Shown: positions 18,929 to 31,385, counted from the stretch's first letter. The stretch: DNA of 64,000 nucleotides from Dehalococcoidia bacterium (GCA_965197645.1 OZ240219.1:2464001-2528000); one strand, 5' to 3'. Notes: generated by a model from the sequence alone, not told the origin. Made by a program: numbers and translations.

Positions 18929-19449
18929 GCCCCCGCCGGCACGAACTTCCGCCACTCCTCCCGCGTTTCCAGGTACGGTTGTAGATTACCGTATCTCCTC
19001 AGCGGTGGAGCCTTTGGCCGGTGGGGCAGCTTCATTCCCGCCTGCTCCGGAGTTCGCCCTGCCTTTCGCAGGTTGCAGCTGGGGCAGGCGCTGATAACGT
19101 TCTCCCACTCGTGGGCGCCGCCCAGCCTCCTGGGCATTACGTGGTCCAGCGTCAGCTCCCGGGTTTCCTTCCCGCAATACTGGCATACGTAGTGGTCTCG
19201 TATGAACACCTCGCGGCGAGACAGCTTTCGAGCCAGGAGCGGGCGTTTGATCATGTAGTCCAGCCGGATGACCGAGGGCAGGGGGATCAGGGAGCTGGGG
19301 GTACGGATCTCGCCTCGGCCATTCTCCAGGATCTCGGCCTTGCCCTTGAGGCACAGGACCACGGCGCGACGGGACGTGCAGACATTGAGCGGCTCGTAGT
19401 TTTGATTCAAAACTAGGACCGCTTCGTATGTCGAGACGCTATGCCCCAT
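18925..19449 (-). CDS. HNH endonuclease (McrA-like, zinc-finger)
   Basis: VLVLNQNYEPL, PSVIRL, RDHYVCQYCG, LTLDHVMP, WENVISACPSCNLRK; ATG 19449 preferred. Confidence 0.88.
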   Translation of the reverse strand: MGHSVSTYEAVLVLNQNYEPLNVCTSRRAVVLCLKGKAEILENGRGEIRTPSSLIPLPSVIRLDYMIKRPLLARKLSRREVFIRDHYVCQYCGKETRELTLDHVMPRRLGGAHEWENVISACPSCNLRKAGRTPEQAGMKLPHRPKAPPLRRYGNLQPYLETREEWRKFVPAGA

Positions 19450-19548
19450 GTCGGACTGGTAACAGGTAGTGCAATCTCCAACCCGCCGTCGCCTGTCCCT
19501 TGGCGGAATTCTATCACAAAGCCCCAGACGGAGAAAAGACATAATGTG

Positions 19549-20238
19549 CTAGGCGGCCCTCGGCAGCAGTCTCCTCAACGAGTACCTGCTGTCGCGCCAG
19601 AGCATCGTCCCCACCACGTAGAGTCCTCCGACGACGTATCCTCCCAGGACGTCACTGAGCCAGTGGACACCCAAATACATTCGAGAGAACCCCATGGCCA
19701 GGATCATGGCGATGAACAGCACCTGGACGATTCGCAGGGCCCAGCGGGGTTTCACGTTTACAAACAGGCTGAACGCCAGCATCAACCCGTAGAAGGTCGT
19801 GGCGTAGACCACGTGGCCGCTGGGAAAGCTCTTCGAGGTCAGCTCCTCCATTATCTCCACGAGATCGGCCGTTGGCCTGGGTCGGTAGACCAGCAGCTTG
19901 ATTAGATCGTTGATGAGCGCACTAGCGATGGTGACTATCGCCACGTAGCTGGCTTCGCTCCAACGGCGGAACAGAGACAAAGCCAGCACGACGCCGGCGG
20001 TGACGACCGTGCCCCAGGTCCAGTCGCCCAGCTTGGAAAGTATCTCCATACCACGGAGAACAGCCGGACTGTCGATGGACTGAACCCTTAAGGACGCCGA
20101 ACGGTCTCCCGGGAAGGTATCGTACGCACCGGCCGAGACCGCCAGGCCAACGGCGACCACCAGCAACGCCAACCACACAAGGGCCAGCTTGCGCCGGGGG
20201 GTGTCTTTTCCCCGTGTTGAGGGCAGGTCTCCGGACAT
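19549..20238 (-). CDS. PAP2-family membrane phosphatase
   Basis: KLLVYRPRP, SFPSGH, SRMYLGVHWLSDV. Confidence 0.92.
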   Translation of the reverse strand: MSGDLPSTRGKDTPRRKLALVWLALLVVAVGLAVSAGAYDTFPGDRSASLRVQSIDSPAVLRGMEILSKLGDWTWGTVVTAGVVLALSLFRRWSEASYVAIVTIASALINDLIKLLVYRPRPTADLVEIMEELTSKSFPSGHVVYATTFYGLMLAFSLFVNVKPRWALRIVQVLFIAMILAMGFSRMYLGVHWLSDVLGGYVVGGLYVVGTMLWRDSRYSLRRLLPRAA

Positions 20239-20281
20239 ATCGCGGGATTATGACACACGGTCGGCCCCAGCCCAACGTTTC

Positions 20282-20310
20282 TTGACCCCTGGAATGCACG
20301 ACCCTACAAT
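20282..20310 (+). promoter_or_regulatory. ffh promoter
   Basis: TTGACC-N17-TACAAT, then SD AGGAG. Confidence 0.7.
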
Positions 20311-20327
20311 GGAATCAGGAGCTGTTC

Positions 20328-21668
20328 ATGCTTGAGATTCTGTCCGAGAAGATAACGAACGTCCTGAAGAAGCTCGAGGGACGCGGCCGGCTCACCGAGG
20401 AGGCGGTCGACGCCGCCCTTCGAGAGGTGAGACTGGCCCTCCTCGAAGCCGACGTCAATTTCAAGGTGGTCAAGCAGTTCGTTGCCAGGGTCCGTGATAG
20501 GTGCCTGGACGTCGAGGTGATGGAGCACCTGACCGCGGGCCAGCAGGTGGTGAAGATAGTCAACGAGGAGCTGACCGACATACTGGGCGGCGGCGCCCAC
20601 GAGCTGGAACCGGCGGACAGACAACCCGCCGTAATCATGCTGGCGGGGCTCCAAGGGTCTGGCAAGACGACAACCGCCGCCAAGCTGGCACTGCACCTTC
20701 GGCGGGAAAAACAGTCGGCAATGATGATAGCCGCCGACCTTCAGCGCCCCGCAGCGGTCGATCAGCTCCTGACCCTCGGCAGGCAGCTCACCATACCCGT
20801 CTACAACGAAGGGGTCGACGCCAAACCGGTGGATGTCTGCTCTCGAGGGCTGAAGGAGGCAAGGGAACAGGGCGTCGACTGGGTCATAGCCGACACCGCG
20901 GGACGCCTTCACATCGACAACGACCTTATGAAGGAGCTCTCCGCCATCAAGAAAGTCCTGTCTCCCGAAGAGGTCCTGCTGGTCGTCGACTCCATGACGG
21001 GCCAGGATGCGGTCACGGCCGCCGAGAACTTCAACCGGGAGATCGATCTAACCGGGTTGATCCTCACCAAGCTGGACGGCGATGCCAGGGGCGGAGCGGC
21101 CCTGTCCATCACCTCCGTCACCGGCGTCCCGATAAAGTTCATCGGAATCGGCGAAAAGGCCGATGCCCTGGAGCAGTTCCACCCCAACCGTCTGGCCTCT
21201 CGAATCCTGGGCATGGGTGACGTTCTCACACTTGTCGAGAAAGCCCAACACGGGGTTGACGAAGACAAGGCCAGGGAGTTGGAGCGGAAGATCAGAAACG
21301 CAACCTTCTCCTTGGAGGACTTCCTGGACCAGCTCTACCAGGTGAAACAGATGGGGCCCCTCGGCCAGCTCCTGGATATGATCCCGGGCGCCAACGCTCT
21401 CAAGGGCAAGCTCTCTGCGGATGATCTGGACGAAGGCGCTCTAATCAAATCCGAAGCCATAATCCAATCGATGACCCCGGAAGAGAGGTTGAACCCGGCC
21501 ATCATCGGCGGCAGCCGCAAGAAACGGATCTGCCGGGGCAGCGGCACCTTGCCCCAAGATGTAAACCAGCTGTTGAACCAGTTTCGTCAGATGCAGAAGA
21601 TGATGAAGATGATGGCCGGCGGCAAGATGAAAATGTCCAGCGGCCAGATGGCCAACCTGCTGCGCTGA
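20328..21668 (+). CDS. ffh: Signal recognition particle protein
   Basis: ALLEADV, GLQGSGKTTT, DTAGR, TKLDGDARGG, RILGMGD, Met-rich M domain. Confidence 0.98.
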   Translation: MLEILSEKITNVLKKLEGRGRLTEEAVDAALREVRLALLEADVNFKVVKQFVARVRDRCLDVEVMEHLTAGQQVVKIVNEELTDILGGGAHELEPADRQPAVIMLAGLQGSGKTTTAAKLALHLRREKQSAMMIAADLQRPAAVDQLLTLGRQLTIPVYNEGVDAKPVDVCSRGLKEAREQGVDWVIADTAGRLHIDNDLMKELSAIKKVLSPEEVLLVVDSMTGQDAVTAAENFNREIDLTGLILTKLDGDARGGAALSITSVTGVPIKFIGIGEKADALEQFHPNRLASRILGMGDVLTLVEKAQHGVDEDKARELERKIRNATFSLEDFLDQLYQVKQMGPLGQLLDMIPGANALKGKLSADDLDEGALIKSEAIIQSMTPEERLNPAIIGGSRKKRICRGSGTLPQDVNQLLNQFRQMQKMMKMMAGGKMKMSSGQMANLLR

Positions 21669-22604
21669 TCACCCGTCCTTTGGCACCAGTTCCATCCCCT
21701 GCCTGATGGCAGCGTAGACGTAGACGATGACAGGCACCCGGTAATCGCCCCATCTCTCGGCAATGGAGTCGGCTTCCTGTGGAGTTACCGGCTGACCATC
21801 CATGTAGACCTGGGACAGCATGCGAAGTAGGGCCAGATCACCTGCCGGAAACACGTCGAACCTGCCCAGGCTGTTGCATAGCACCCACTGGGCCGTCCAC
21901 GTTCCGATACCCCTCAGCTTGACCAGCTCCTCAATGACCCTTTCGTTGCCAAGCTCCCTCAGCTCTTCCAGGCGCAGAGCGCCGGTGGCTACCAACTCCG
22001 ATAGGCCATGTATGTACTCGGCCTTCCTCCGGCTGAGCTTGTGCTGCCCCAGCTCCTTGGGGCCTGCTGCCGCCAGCCTCTCCGGCGCGGGAAACCGGTA
22101 GTAGGTGTGCCCATCTTGTACTAGCTGCTCACCATAGCTTTCGGTCAGCTCCCGCTCTATCACCACGGCCACCTTGCCCGAGATCTGCTGTCCGATGATC
22201 GCCGTAATCAACGTCTCGAAGATGTTGGGTTCGGTGGTGGGCTTGAGCCCGCGAAAAACAGTCGTCAGCCGGGACAACATCCCGTCGTCCTCCGCCATAG
22301 CGTAGAACCCGGAGAGATCGTAGTCCAGTCCCAGGACTTCGTTCGCTTCCTGCTCCGCCGCGTCCAGGTCCATCTCCGATACCGAAGCTACTGTGAGTTC
22401 CAGCCGGAGTTTGGGCTCGTCCATCGACCCGAAGTCGCTGACGGACATCAAGGCTGTACGGCCATCGAGGGAGATAACGCGGCGGTACACGCCGTCCCGG
22501 AACGACTCGCTGCCGAATCCGTCTTGGAAGCGGGTGCGATATGCGGCCGTCAGCTTGAAGTCAAAGGGAGGCGCGGCCTTGAGTTGCCTGTTGAGCGACC
22601 TCAT
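21669..22604 (-). CDS. alkA: DNA-3-methyladenine glycosylase II (AlkA family)
   Basis: FETLITAIIGQQIS, FPAPERLA, HhH LRGIGTWTA, FPAGDLAL. Confidence 0.88.
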   Translation of the reverse strand: MRSLNRQLKAAPPFDFKLTAAYRTRFQDGFGSESFRDGVYRRVISLDGRTALMSVSDFGSMDEPKLRLELTVASVSEMDLDAAEQEANEVLGLDYDLSGFYAMAEDDGMLSRLTTVFRGLKPTTEPNIFETLITAIIGQQISGKVAVVIERELTESYGEQLVQDGHTYYRFPAPERLAAAGPKELGQHKLSRRKAEYIHGLSELVATGALRLEELRELGNERVIEELVKLRGIGTWTAQWVLCNSLGRFDVFPAGDLALLRMLSQVYMDGQPVTPQEADSIAERWGDYRVPVIVYVYAAIRQGMELVPKDG

Positions 22605-22673
22605 GGTCCTATTAATCAACGAGGGCCGGAAGACCTCTCTCCCGACCCTCTTTTCTTGACGGATTACCCGGTC

Positions 22674-24200
<1,527 letters not shown>

Positions 24201-24201
24201 C

Positions 24202-26043
24202 TCAGCCGCCTATTATATCCGATTCCGTCGGAGTAAGTGAGCCTCTGTGAATACTTCTCAGCTGGGTGTTGATATCCAGCCCTTTTCTCTGGATAGCCGC
24301 CGCCTCCTCGCGCTGCACCTCCTCCTGGTCTAGGAAGTACTCTTCCTGATTCTTGAGTTGCTTGAGCCTCTGTTCCCGCAGGCGCTTTTTGCACTGGCTC
24401 AAAGCGGCGCGGAGTTCCGGTATCCCGGATGGCGGCAGCTCCCGGGCCATCAGCTCGTCCAGATGGTCCAGCAGCGATTCGGGGACCGCGTTTCTCATCT
24501 CATCCGGGTTGGCGCTGGTGCAGTAAACCTGAAACAGCTGCCGGTGCTCCGTCCTGCCGAAATCGTCGGGGCTCAGGCCTTGGATGTCCGGTCTCAAATC
24601 GGGATAATGAAGGAGAAGGGCCAACGTGTACTGCTCCAGTACCGAGCCTTCATCAGCGACGGGGACCGGCTCAGGACCGCTTCCAGCCTTACTTCGGTAG
24701 GTGGCGGCCTTCCGTGTACGAGGTTGCCGCGGCCTCAACCCAATCTTTATCGTTCCTCCTTCAACCCCCAACACCTGGGACAGCTTCTGCACGTATCTAT
24801 CCTGGTCAAGGAAGTCCATGGTGACCAGCAGAGGCGAGACCCGTTCGAGGACTCCCGATCGGGCGCCCGGTGCGTCCAGGTCAACCCTAGAGGCCAGTGT
24901 CTGAATGATGTAGTCCATCAGGGGGACTGTGTTTTCCATCAGCGATATCCAGGCTTCCCGGCTCTCTCGTATAACGTCGTCCGGGTCTTGGCCTGTGGGC
25001 ATCGTTATCACGTCCACAGTATGCTGGGGCGGCCCCTCTAGAAACCGCGGTCCTCTTCGGCCGGTCTGGTGCACCCGCCGGCTGAACGCGTTCCACGAGG
25101 ACTCCAGGCTGCGAAGCGTCGCTTCCTGGCCCGCCGTGTCCGAGTCCATGGCCAGAGATATCCTCTTCGCCAGCCGTTTCAGCGTATTCACCTGATTTTC
25201 CGTCAGTGCCGTGCCCATGGACGCCACCGCGTTGCGAAAGCCGTGCTGATGGGCTGTCAGCACGTCGGTATACCCCTCCATCACAATGGCCCGGCCCTCT
25301 TGGCGAATGCCCTCCCTGGCCCGGTCCACACCGTATAGTATCGAGCTCTTATCGAACAGGTCGGTTTGAGGCGTGTTGAGATATTTGGGCATGACGTCCG
25401 TCAGCGACCGACCACCGAACCCGATGTGCCGGCCCCTATCGTTCCGGATGGGGAACATCAGACGGCCTCTAAAGAGGTCCCTGGTCGAACGATCCTCTGT
25501 TGTCGTTACTAGGCCTGCCGCCACCAACTCCTCGGATTTGATGCCTTGTCCCTTCAAGTGAATCGACAGGGTGTTCCCGCCTGCAGGGCTGAATCCCAGC
25601 TGGAACCCCTCTATGCTCTCCGAGCTCACCCCTCTTTCCTGTAGGTAGTTCCTGGCCCCTTTGGCCTCGGGGGACTCGGCAAGCTGTATGTGAAAGTAGT
25701 CCGCGGCGGCCTCGTTTATCTGGTGAAGGCTCTTCCGAGCTTCGTCCTTTCCCTTGCTCCTTTGTGTCAGCTGCACCCCGGCCCTATCGGCCAGCTCCTT
25801 AAGGGCCTCGGCGAACTCCCACCCCTCCTTTTTCATGACGAAGGAGATCACATCTCCGCCGGTACTGCAGGCCCCGAAGCAGTGCCACGACTGCCGCTCC
25901 GGCGATACGTGGAAGGAGGGAGTCTTCTCTGAATGGAACGGACACGTCGCCTTGAAGTTGCGCCCCGCCTTCTGCAACGACACGTACTGGGAGACCACGT
26001 CCACTATGTCCAGCCGGTCTTTGACCGTGTCTACATCACTCAT
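24202..26043 (-). CDS. dnaG: DNA primase
   Basis: [11 protein letters not shown]...[36 protein letters not shown]. Confidence 0.97.
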   Translation of the reverse strand: MSDVDTVKDRLDIVDVVSQYVSLQKAGRNFKATCPFHSEKTPSFHVSPERQSWHCFGACSTGGDVISFVMKKEGWEFAEALKELADRAGVQLTQRSKGKDEARKSLHQINEAAADYFHIQLAESPEAKGARNYLQERGVSSESIEGFQLGFSPAGGNTLSIHLKGQGIKSEELVAAGLVTTTEDRSTRDLFRGRLMFPIRNDRGRHIGFGGRSLTDVMPKYLNTPQTDLFDKSSILYGVDRAREGIRQEGRAIVMEGYTDVLTAHQHGFRNAVASMGTALTENQVNTLKRLAKRISLAMDSDTAGQEATLRSLESSWNAFSRRVHQTGRRGPRFLEGPPQHTVDVITMPTGQDPDDVIRESREAWISLMENTVPLMDYIIQTLASRVDLDAPGARSGVLERVSPLLVTMDFLDQDRYVQKLSQVLGVEGGTIKIGLRPRQPRTRKAATYRSKAGSGPEPVPVADEGSVLEQYTLALLLHYPDLRPDIQGLSPDDFGRTEHRQLFQVYCTSANPDEMRNAVPESLLDHLDELMARELPPSGIPELRAALSQCKKRLREQRLKQLKNQEEYFLDQEEVQREEAAAIQRKGLDINTQLRSIHRGSLTPTESDIIGG

Positions 26044-26053
26044 AGGACTTGCT

Positions 26054-27109
26054 CTAGTCCACCAGGATCAGGTCCAGCTCCTCCGCCGTTCGCAGAGCGA
26101 ACCGGTCCGTCATGCCGGATATGTAATCCACCGCTCTTCGCTCCACCGACTCACCCTTGCGATGGTACTCCCGAGGGATCTCTTCGGGATGCTCGGTAAA
26201 GTGCCGGTACAACGCCCTGACCGCCTCCCGAGCCTTGCTCGCCTCCTCGCTGGCGCCGCTGGCATGGTACACCTTTTCAAACAGAAAATTTCGCAGTAGG
26301 TTAGCCGCGTTTCGTACCGGCTCGCCCATGGTGATGACCGGCTCCTGCCCAGGTTCAAGAGATTCTTCCCCGCTGGCGGCCCACGAGTGTTCCACCACGT
26401 CGGTTACAACGGTGTTTATCCGCTCCGAGTTGGTCTGTCCCAGCACTCCGGTCACCTCCGAAGGCAGGTCTTCCTCGGTGACCAGGCCGGAGCGAAGGGC
26501 GTCGCCGGTATCGTGGTTGATGTAGGCCAGCGCATCGGCCAGCTTGCACACCTGGGCTTCCAGCGTCGGCGGCTTCTTCCAATCCGCCTCCAGAATCCCC
26601 AGGCTCGACTTGGAATGGGTAACGATACCCTGCCTCACCTCCCAGGTGAGGTTCAGCCCCTTACCGCCCTTCTCCAGGTGGTCCACCAACCGCAGACTCT
26701 GCAGGCTGTGACGGAAGCCGGGCGAGTACAGCTCGGTCAGGACGTCCTCGCCAATGTGCCCGAAGGGAGCGTGCCCCAGATCGTGGCCCAGCGCGGTCGC
26801 CTCCACCAGGTCCTCGTTCAGATTCAGGGCCCGTGCTATCGTACGGCCTATCTGGGCGACTTCGAGGGTATGAGTCAGGCGGGTGACGTAGTGGTCACCC
26901 AACGGCGCGATGAAGACCTGGGTCTTGTGCTTCAGCCGCCGGAAGGCCTTGGTGTGGACTATCCGATCCCGGTCCCGCTGGTACTCGGTGCGCAGCGGAC
27001 TCGGCTCTTCTGGGACCTGCCGGCCCCTGGAGAGACGGCTCCTGGCCGCGAAGGGAGAAAGGGCTTCCTCCCTTTCTTCTAACCGCTGCTGAACGTTGAT
27101 ACAGCTCAC
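26054..27109 (-). CDS. dgt: dGTP triphosphohydrolase (HD domain)
   Basis: YQRDRDRIVHTKAFRRLKHKTQVF, RLTHTLEV, GHDLGHAPFGH, DYISGMTD. Confidence 0.94.
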   Translation of the reverse strand: MSCINVQQRLEEREEALSPFAARSRLSRGRQVPEEPSPLRTEYQRDRDRIVHTKAFRRLKHKTQVFIAPLGDHYVTRLTHTLEVAQIGRTIARALNLNEDLVEATALGHDLGHAPFGHIGEDVLTELYSPGFRHSLQSLRLVDHLEKGGKGLNLTWEVRQGIVTHSKSSLGILEADWKKPPTLEAQVCKLADALAYINHDTGDALRSGLVTEEDLPSEVTGVLGQTNSERINTVVTDVVEHSWAASGEESLEPGQEPVITMGEPVRNAANLLRNFLFEKVYHASGASEEASKAREAVRALYRHFTEHPEEIPREYHRKGESVERRAVDYISGMTDRFALRTAEELDLILVD

Positions 27110-27202
27110 TCGGAGTAGTGGGACCGGCGGAACAAGGGCCTAAGAACGAGCGTAACAGGTGTCGAAAATCGAAGGAGAACGGGGTCGAGTAACCACCCAT
27201 CA

Positions 27203-27231
27203 ATCATAGCACCGCCGGATAGGAGGGTCAA
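27203..27231 (-). promoter_or_regulatory. dgt-dnaG-rpoD promoter
   Basis: TTGACC-N17-TATGAT with TG extension on the minus strand. Confidence 0.65.
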
Positions 27232-27272
27232 CGAAATCGGTTAAATTTGTTTTGAAATCGATATAAAGATTG

Positions 27273-27302
27273 TTGACCCGTCACCTGGTCTACCGGTATA
27301 AT
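27273..27302 (+). promoter_or_regulatory. purF promoter
   Basis: TTGACC-N18-TATAAT preceded by an AT-rich tract (27241-27270). Confidence 0.65.
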
Positions 27303-27375
27303 GCCCACGTTTCCCCGGTTTCCACTCAAGGGTTGGCACTAGCGGGAGAAAGGAACCATCTCGCACCAGACGCAG

Positions 27376-28770
27376 ATGGTCGATAAGCCCAGGGAGGCCT
27401 GCGGGCTCTTCGGTATCTTCGCACCCGGAGAGGACGTAGCCAGGCTTACCTTTTTCGGGCTCTTTGCCCTTCAACATCGCGGCCAGGAGAGCGCCGGCAT
27501 CGCCACGGCGAACGGCGAGCACCTCCGCACCCACACCTCGATGGGCCTCGTCTCCCAGGCATTCGATGAAGAGTCCCTCCAGGGTCTGACCGGTCACATA
27601 GCCATTGGCCACACCCGATACTCCACCACCGGGTCCAGCAAACTGGCCAACGCCCAGCCCGTCAGGGTCAAGAATGGCGCCACCGAGATCGCCGTGGGCC
27701 ACAACGGCAACCTCGTCAACTCGGAACAGCTCCAAGGAGAGCTGATCGACCAAGGAGTAGAGTTCGAAGGCAGCACCGACACCGAAGCAATCGCCCAGTG
27801 GCTGGTCCACGCGCCCGGTAAGACGTGGCCCGATAAGATCCGCTACTGTATGAACCGGTTCCAGGGCGCCTATTCCCTGGTCGTGCTGACACCCGACTCG
27901 CTCATCGGCATCCGGGACCCGCTGGGCGTTAGGCCTCTTGCCCTGGGCAAGCTGAACAACGGATGGGTCCTGGCATCCGAAAGCAGTGCGCTGGACCACA
28001 TCGCCGCCGACATGATACGGGAGGTGGAACCCGGCGAGGCGATTATCATAGATCAATCCGGAATGCATAGCTTCAAGCTCCAGGACCTGGAACGGCAGGC
28101 CCTCTGCATCTTCGAGCATATCTACTTCGCCAGGCCTGATAGCATCGTAGGCGGCAAACTGCTCCACCTGGCGAGGCAGCGCATGGGTGCCCAACTGGCC
28201 ACTGATCACCCGGTTGACGCCGACTTGGTGATCGGCATACCCGATTCGGCGATAGCGGCGGCCATCGGTTACGCCCGTGAGTCGGGCATACCTCTCGGCG
28301 AGGGAGTGCTCAAGAACCGGTACGTCGGCCGTACCTTCATCCAGCCCGACCAGCGCATCCGGGAACTGGGAGTGCGCCTCAAATTCAACGCCATGTCCGA
28401 GGTCCTCGAGGGCCAGAGGGTGATCGTGGTCGACGATAGTATCGTCAGAGGTACGACGACCCCCCACGTGGTCGGCCTGCTTAGAAAGGCGGGCGCCACC
28501 GAGGTACACATGCGGGTCTGCGCTCCGCCCATTCGCTATCCGTGCTTCTTCGGCGTGGACTTCGCGACCCGCAGGGAGTTGATAGCCTCTCAAAACACTG
28601 TCGATGAGATACGCAAGTTCATCGATGCCGACTCCCTGGGTTATCTCAGCGTCGAAGGTCTGATCAAGGCGGTGGGTCTGCCCGATAACAAGGTCTGCAC
28701 GGCCTGCTTTACCGGCGCCTACCCAATCCCGGTTCAGTTGGAGATGGACAAGCTTGCCCTGGAGGCCTAG
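27376..28770 (+). CDS. purF: Amidophosphoribosyltransferase (Fe-S type with propeptide)
   Basis: EACGLFG, QHRGQESAGI, HTRYST, VVDDSIVRGTT, PCFFG, CTACF. Confidence 0.97.
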   Translation: MVDKPREACGLFGIFAPGEDVARLTFFGLFALQHRGQESAGIATANGEHLRTHTSMGLVSQAFDEESLQGLTGHIAIGHTRYSTTGSSKLANAQPVRVKNGATEIAVGHNGNLVNSEQLQGELIDQGVEFEGSTDTEAIAQWLVHAPGKTWPDKIRYCMNRFQGAYSLVVLTPDSLIGIRDPLGVRPLALGKLNNGWVLASESSALDHIAADMIREVEPGEAIIIDQSGMHSFKLQDLERQALCIFEHIYFARPDSIVGGKLLHLARQRMGAQLATDHPVDADLVIGIPDSAIAAAIGYARESGIPLGEGVLKNRYVGRTFIQPDQRIRELGVRLKFNAMSEVLEGQRVIVVDDSIVRGTTTPHVVGLLRKAGATEVHMRVCAPPIRYPCFFGVDFATRRELIASQNTVDEIRKFIDADSLGYLSVEGLIKAVGLPDNKVCTACFTGAYPIPVQLEMDKLALEA

Positions 28771-28818
28771 CGGCATCCCGCTGCCCTCTCGGATGTTACT
28801 AACTGCCGGGACGCCGAT

Positions 28819-29838
28819 TTGAGCACCACGGAGCACAGCTACCGCGCTGCCGGTGTGGATATAGAGTCTGCAGACCGCGCCGTCGACCTGATCAAGAGCC
28901 ATGCCCGGACCACTTTCAACGACCGCTCCCTGTCCGACATAGGCGCCTTCAGCGGCCTATATCAGCTGGGCAAGTACCGAGATCCCGTCCTGGTCTCCAG
29001 CACCGATGGCGTGGGCACCAAGGTGCGCATAGCGTCCCTCATGGACCGCTACGACACCGTGGGCATCGATCTGGTCAACCACTGCATCAACGATGCTCTC
29101 GTCTGCGGCGCACGGCCCCTCTTCTTCCTTGACTACCTTGCGATGGGCAAAGTGGAGCCTTCCAGGGCCGGTGATCTGGCCAAGGGGTTGGCCTCCGCCT
29201 GCCGCGATGCGGACTGCGTACTGATAGGCGGAGAAACGGCCGAGATGCCCGGCATCTACAGCGGCGACGACTTCGATCTGGCCGGGTTCATCGTCAGCGT
29301 TGTGGAGAGAGACGAGCTGATAGACGGCTCCTCCATCCGCTCCGGCGATACGATTGTCGGCCTCCCTTCCAACGGACTTCACACCAACGGTTTCTCCCTG
29401 GTGCGCAGGGTCTTCGGAATCGACGGTAACCCAGCGGTCCTTGATACCCACTTCCCAGATCTGGGCCGAACCCTGGGCGACGAGCTGCTGAGGCCTCACC
29501 TATCCTACCTGCCTCATCTGGAAGGTTGGTTGGGACCAGTGAAGGGGTTGGCCCACATCACCGGAGGCGGCCTGCCGGGCAACGTCCCCCGCATTCTGCC
29601 CGACGGCCTCGCCGCCCGTTTCGATGTGTCTGCCTGGGAGACTCCGGCCGTCTTCGAGCTGGTCCATGACAAGGGCGGCATCCCCATGGACGAGATGTAC
29701 AGGGTGTTCAACATGGGCATCGGGATGGTCATCGTCTGCTCTTCCACAGACGCCGATGATCTGGTGAAAGGGATTTCCGGCGCCTTGGTAATAGGTGAGA
29801 TCGTAGAGCAGCAAGAGGAGCGGCGGGTACTGCTATAG
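28819..29838 (+). CDS. purM: AIR synthetase
   Basis: YRAAGVDI, STDGVGTK, GGETAEMPG, HTNG, HITGGG, FNMGIG. Confidence 0.97.
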   Translation: MSTTEHSYRAAGVDIESADRAVDLIKSHARTTFNDRSLSDIGAFSGLYQLGKYRDPVLVSSTDGVGTKVRIASLMDRYDTVGIDLVNHCINDALVCGARPLFFLDYLAMGKVEPSRAGDLAKGLASACRDADCVLIGGETAEMPGIYSGDDFDLAGFIVSVVERDELIDGSSIRSGDTIVGLPSNGLHTNGFSLVRRVFGIDGNPAVLDTHFPDLGRTLGDELLRPHLSYLPHLEGWLGPVKGLAHITGGGLPGNVPRILPDGLAARFDVSAWETPAVFELVHDKGGIPMDEMYRVFNMGIGMVIVCSSTDADDLVKGISGALVIGEIVEQQEERRVLL

Positions 29839-29845
29839 AGGTCCG

Positions 29846-31366
29846 ATGCGAGCGGTAATCAGCGTCTACGACAAGACGGGCCTCGTCCCCTTCGCCCAAT
29901 CCCTCCGCCGGCAGGGAGTCGAGATTTTCAGCACCGGCGGCACCCAGAGAGAGATGCAGGACGCCGGCGTCGAGGTCAAAAGCGTGTCCGCGCTCACCGG
30001 CTTCCCGGAGATCCTGGACGGGCGGGTTAAGACCCTACACCCCGTCCTGTATGGCGGCATACTGGCCCGCCGCGACCTGCCCGACCACATGGCCCAGCTC
30101 TACGAGCACAACATCGGGCCTATAGACATAGTGGTGTGCAACCTCTATCCCTTCGTCGAGACCGTGAGCAAGGCCGGAGTGACCCTCGAGGAGGCATTGG
30201 AGAATATCGACATAGGCGGCCCGACCATGGTCCGCGCCTCGGCCAAGAACTTTCCTCACGTAATCGTGATCGTCGACCCCGACGATTACAGCCTGGTAGC
30301 CGACAAGCTGTCCTCCGGCGGCCTGGACCTGAACGAGCGGAAACGACTTGCCCGGAAGGCCTTCCAACACGTGGCCCTGTACGACACCGCCATCTCCGGC
30401 TATCTGACCGGGGACGATGAATCCCTAGGCACCGAGTTGACCTTCGGCGGGGCCAAGCTACAGGACCTGCGCTACGGCGAGAACCCCCATCAAAGAGCGG
30501 CCTTCTACACTGACGTCCTGGGCGGCGGGACCGGTATCGCCGGCACCCGCCAGCTGTGGGGCAAGGAGCTCTCCTTCAATAACATCGTGGACGCTGACGC
30601 AGCCTGGAACGTTGCGTCCGACTTCGGTGCTCCCACCGTCGCCGTCATCAAGCACACCAACCCCTGCGGCCTCGCTTCTCACGACGACCTCACCGAGGCT
30701 TACAAACACGCCCTGGCAGGCGACCCGGTCTCCGCCTTCGGCGGCATCGTGGCCTTCAACCGGCCGTTGACTAAGGCTACCGCCGAGGAGGTATCAAAGG
30801 TCTTCTACGAGATCGTCATCGCCCCCGAGATCGAAGAGGCGGCCCTCGACATCCTGAAGAAGAGGAAAAACCTGCGTGTCCTCACCATCGGTGCACCGTC
30901 GAAAAGCCCCGCACTTGAGTATCGACGGGTCGGCGGCGGACTTCTGGTCCAGTCACGGGACACCTCGGAGGAAGACCTTTCAGGATGGGAGATTGTGACC
31001 AGACAACAGCCGACGGCTGAGCAGCTCTCCGACCTGGCCTTCGCCTGGAAGGCGGCCAAGCACGTCAAGTCCAACGCCATCGTGCTGGCCCGAGACGAGG
31101 CGCTGCTGGGCATGGGCGCAGGTCAGCCCAACCGGGTCACCAGCGTCCACCTGGCCCTGAGGGCAGCCGGAGATAAGGCCAGAGGCTCGGTGCTGGCCTC
31201 CGACGCCTTCTTTCCCTTCCCCGACAACATTGAGCTGGCTGCCGAGGGCGGGGTCGTTGCCATCATCCAGCCGGGCGGCTCCATCCGGGACCAGGAGGTA
31301 ATCGATACTGCCGACCAGGCCGGCATCGCCATGGTCTTCACCGGCGCCCGGCACTTCAAGCATTAA
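29846..31366 (+). CDS. purH: AICAR transformylase/IMP cyclohydrolase
   Basis: ISVYDKTG, GRVKTLHP, IDIGGP, LRYGENPHQ, KHTNPCG, ASDAFFPF, RHFKH. Confidence 0.98.
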   Translation: MRAVISVYDKTGLVPFAQSLRRQGVEIFSTGGTQREMQDAGVEVKSVSALTGFPEILDGRVKTLHPVLYGGILARRDLPDHMAQLYEHNIGPIDIVVCNLYPFVETVSKAGVTLEEALENIDIGGPTMVRASAKNFPHVIVIVDPDDYSLVADKLSSGGLDLNERKRLARKAFQHVALYDTAISGYLTGDDESLGTELTFGGAKLQDLRYGENPHQRAAFYTDVLGGGTGIAGTRQLWGKELSFNNIVDADAAWNVASDFGAPTVAVIKHTNPCGLASHDDLTEAYKHALAGDPVSAFGGIVAFNRPLTKATAEEVSKVFYEIVIAPEIEEAALDILKKRKNLRVLTIGAPSKSPALEYRRVGGGLLVQSRDTSEEDLSGWEIVTRQQPTAEQLSDLAFAWKAAKHVKSNAIVLARDEALLGMGAGQPNRVTSVHLALRAAGDKARGSVLASDAFFPFPDNIELAAEGGVVAIIQPGGSIRDQEVIDTADQAGIAMVFTGARHFKH

Positions 31367-31385
31367 GTCCAAGTAATCTGACTTC

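Noticed and set aside
18925-19449. HNH nuclease as a defence or mobile element
   Set aside because: Stand-alone widespread chromosomal type; no methylase, intron or mobile context.
27303-27375. Purine, ZTP or PRPP riboswitch upstream of purF
   Set aside because: Leader is about 70 nt with no recognisable consensus.
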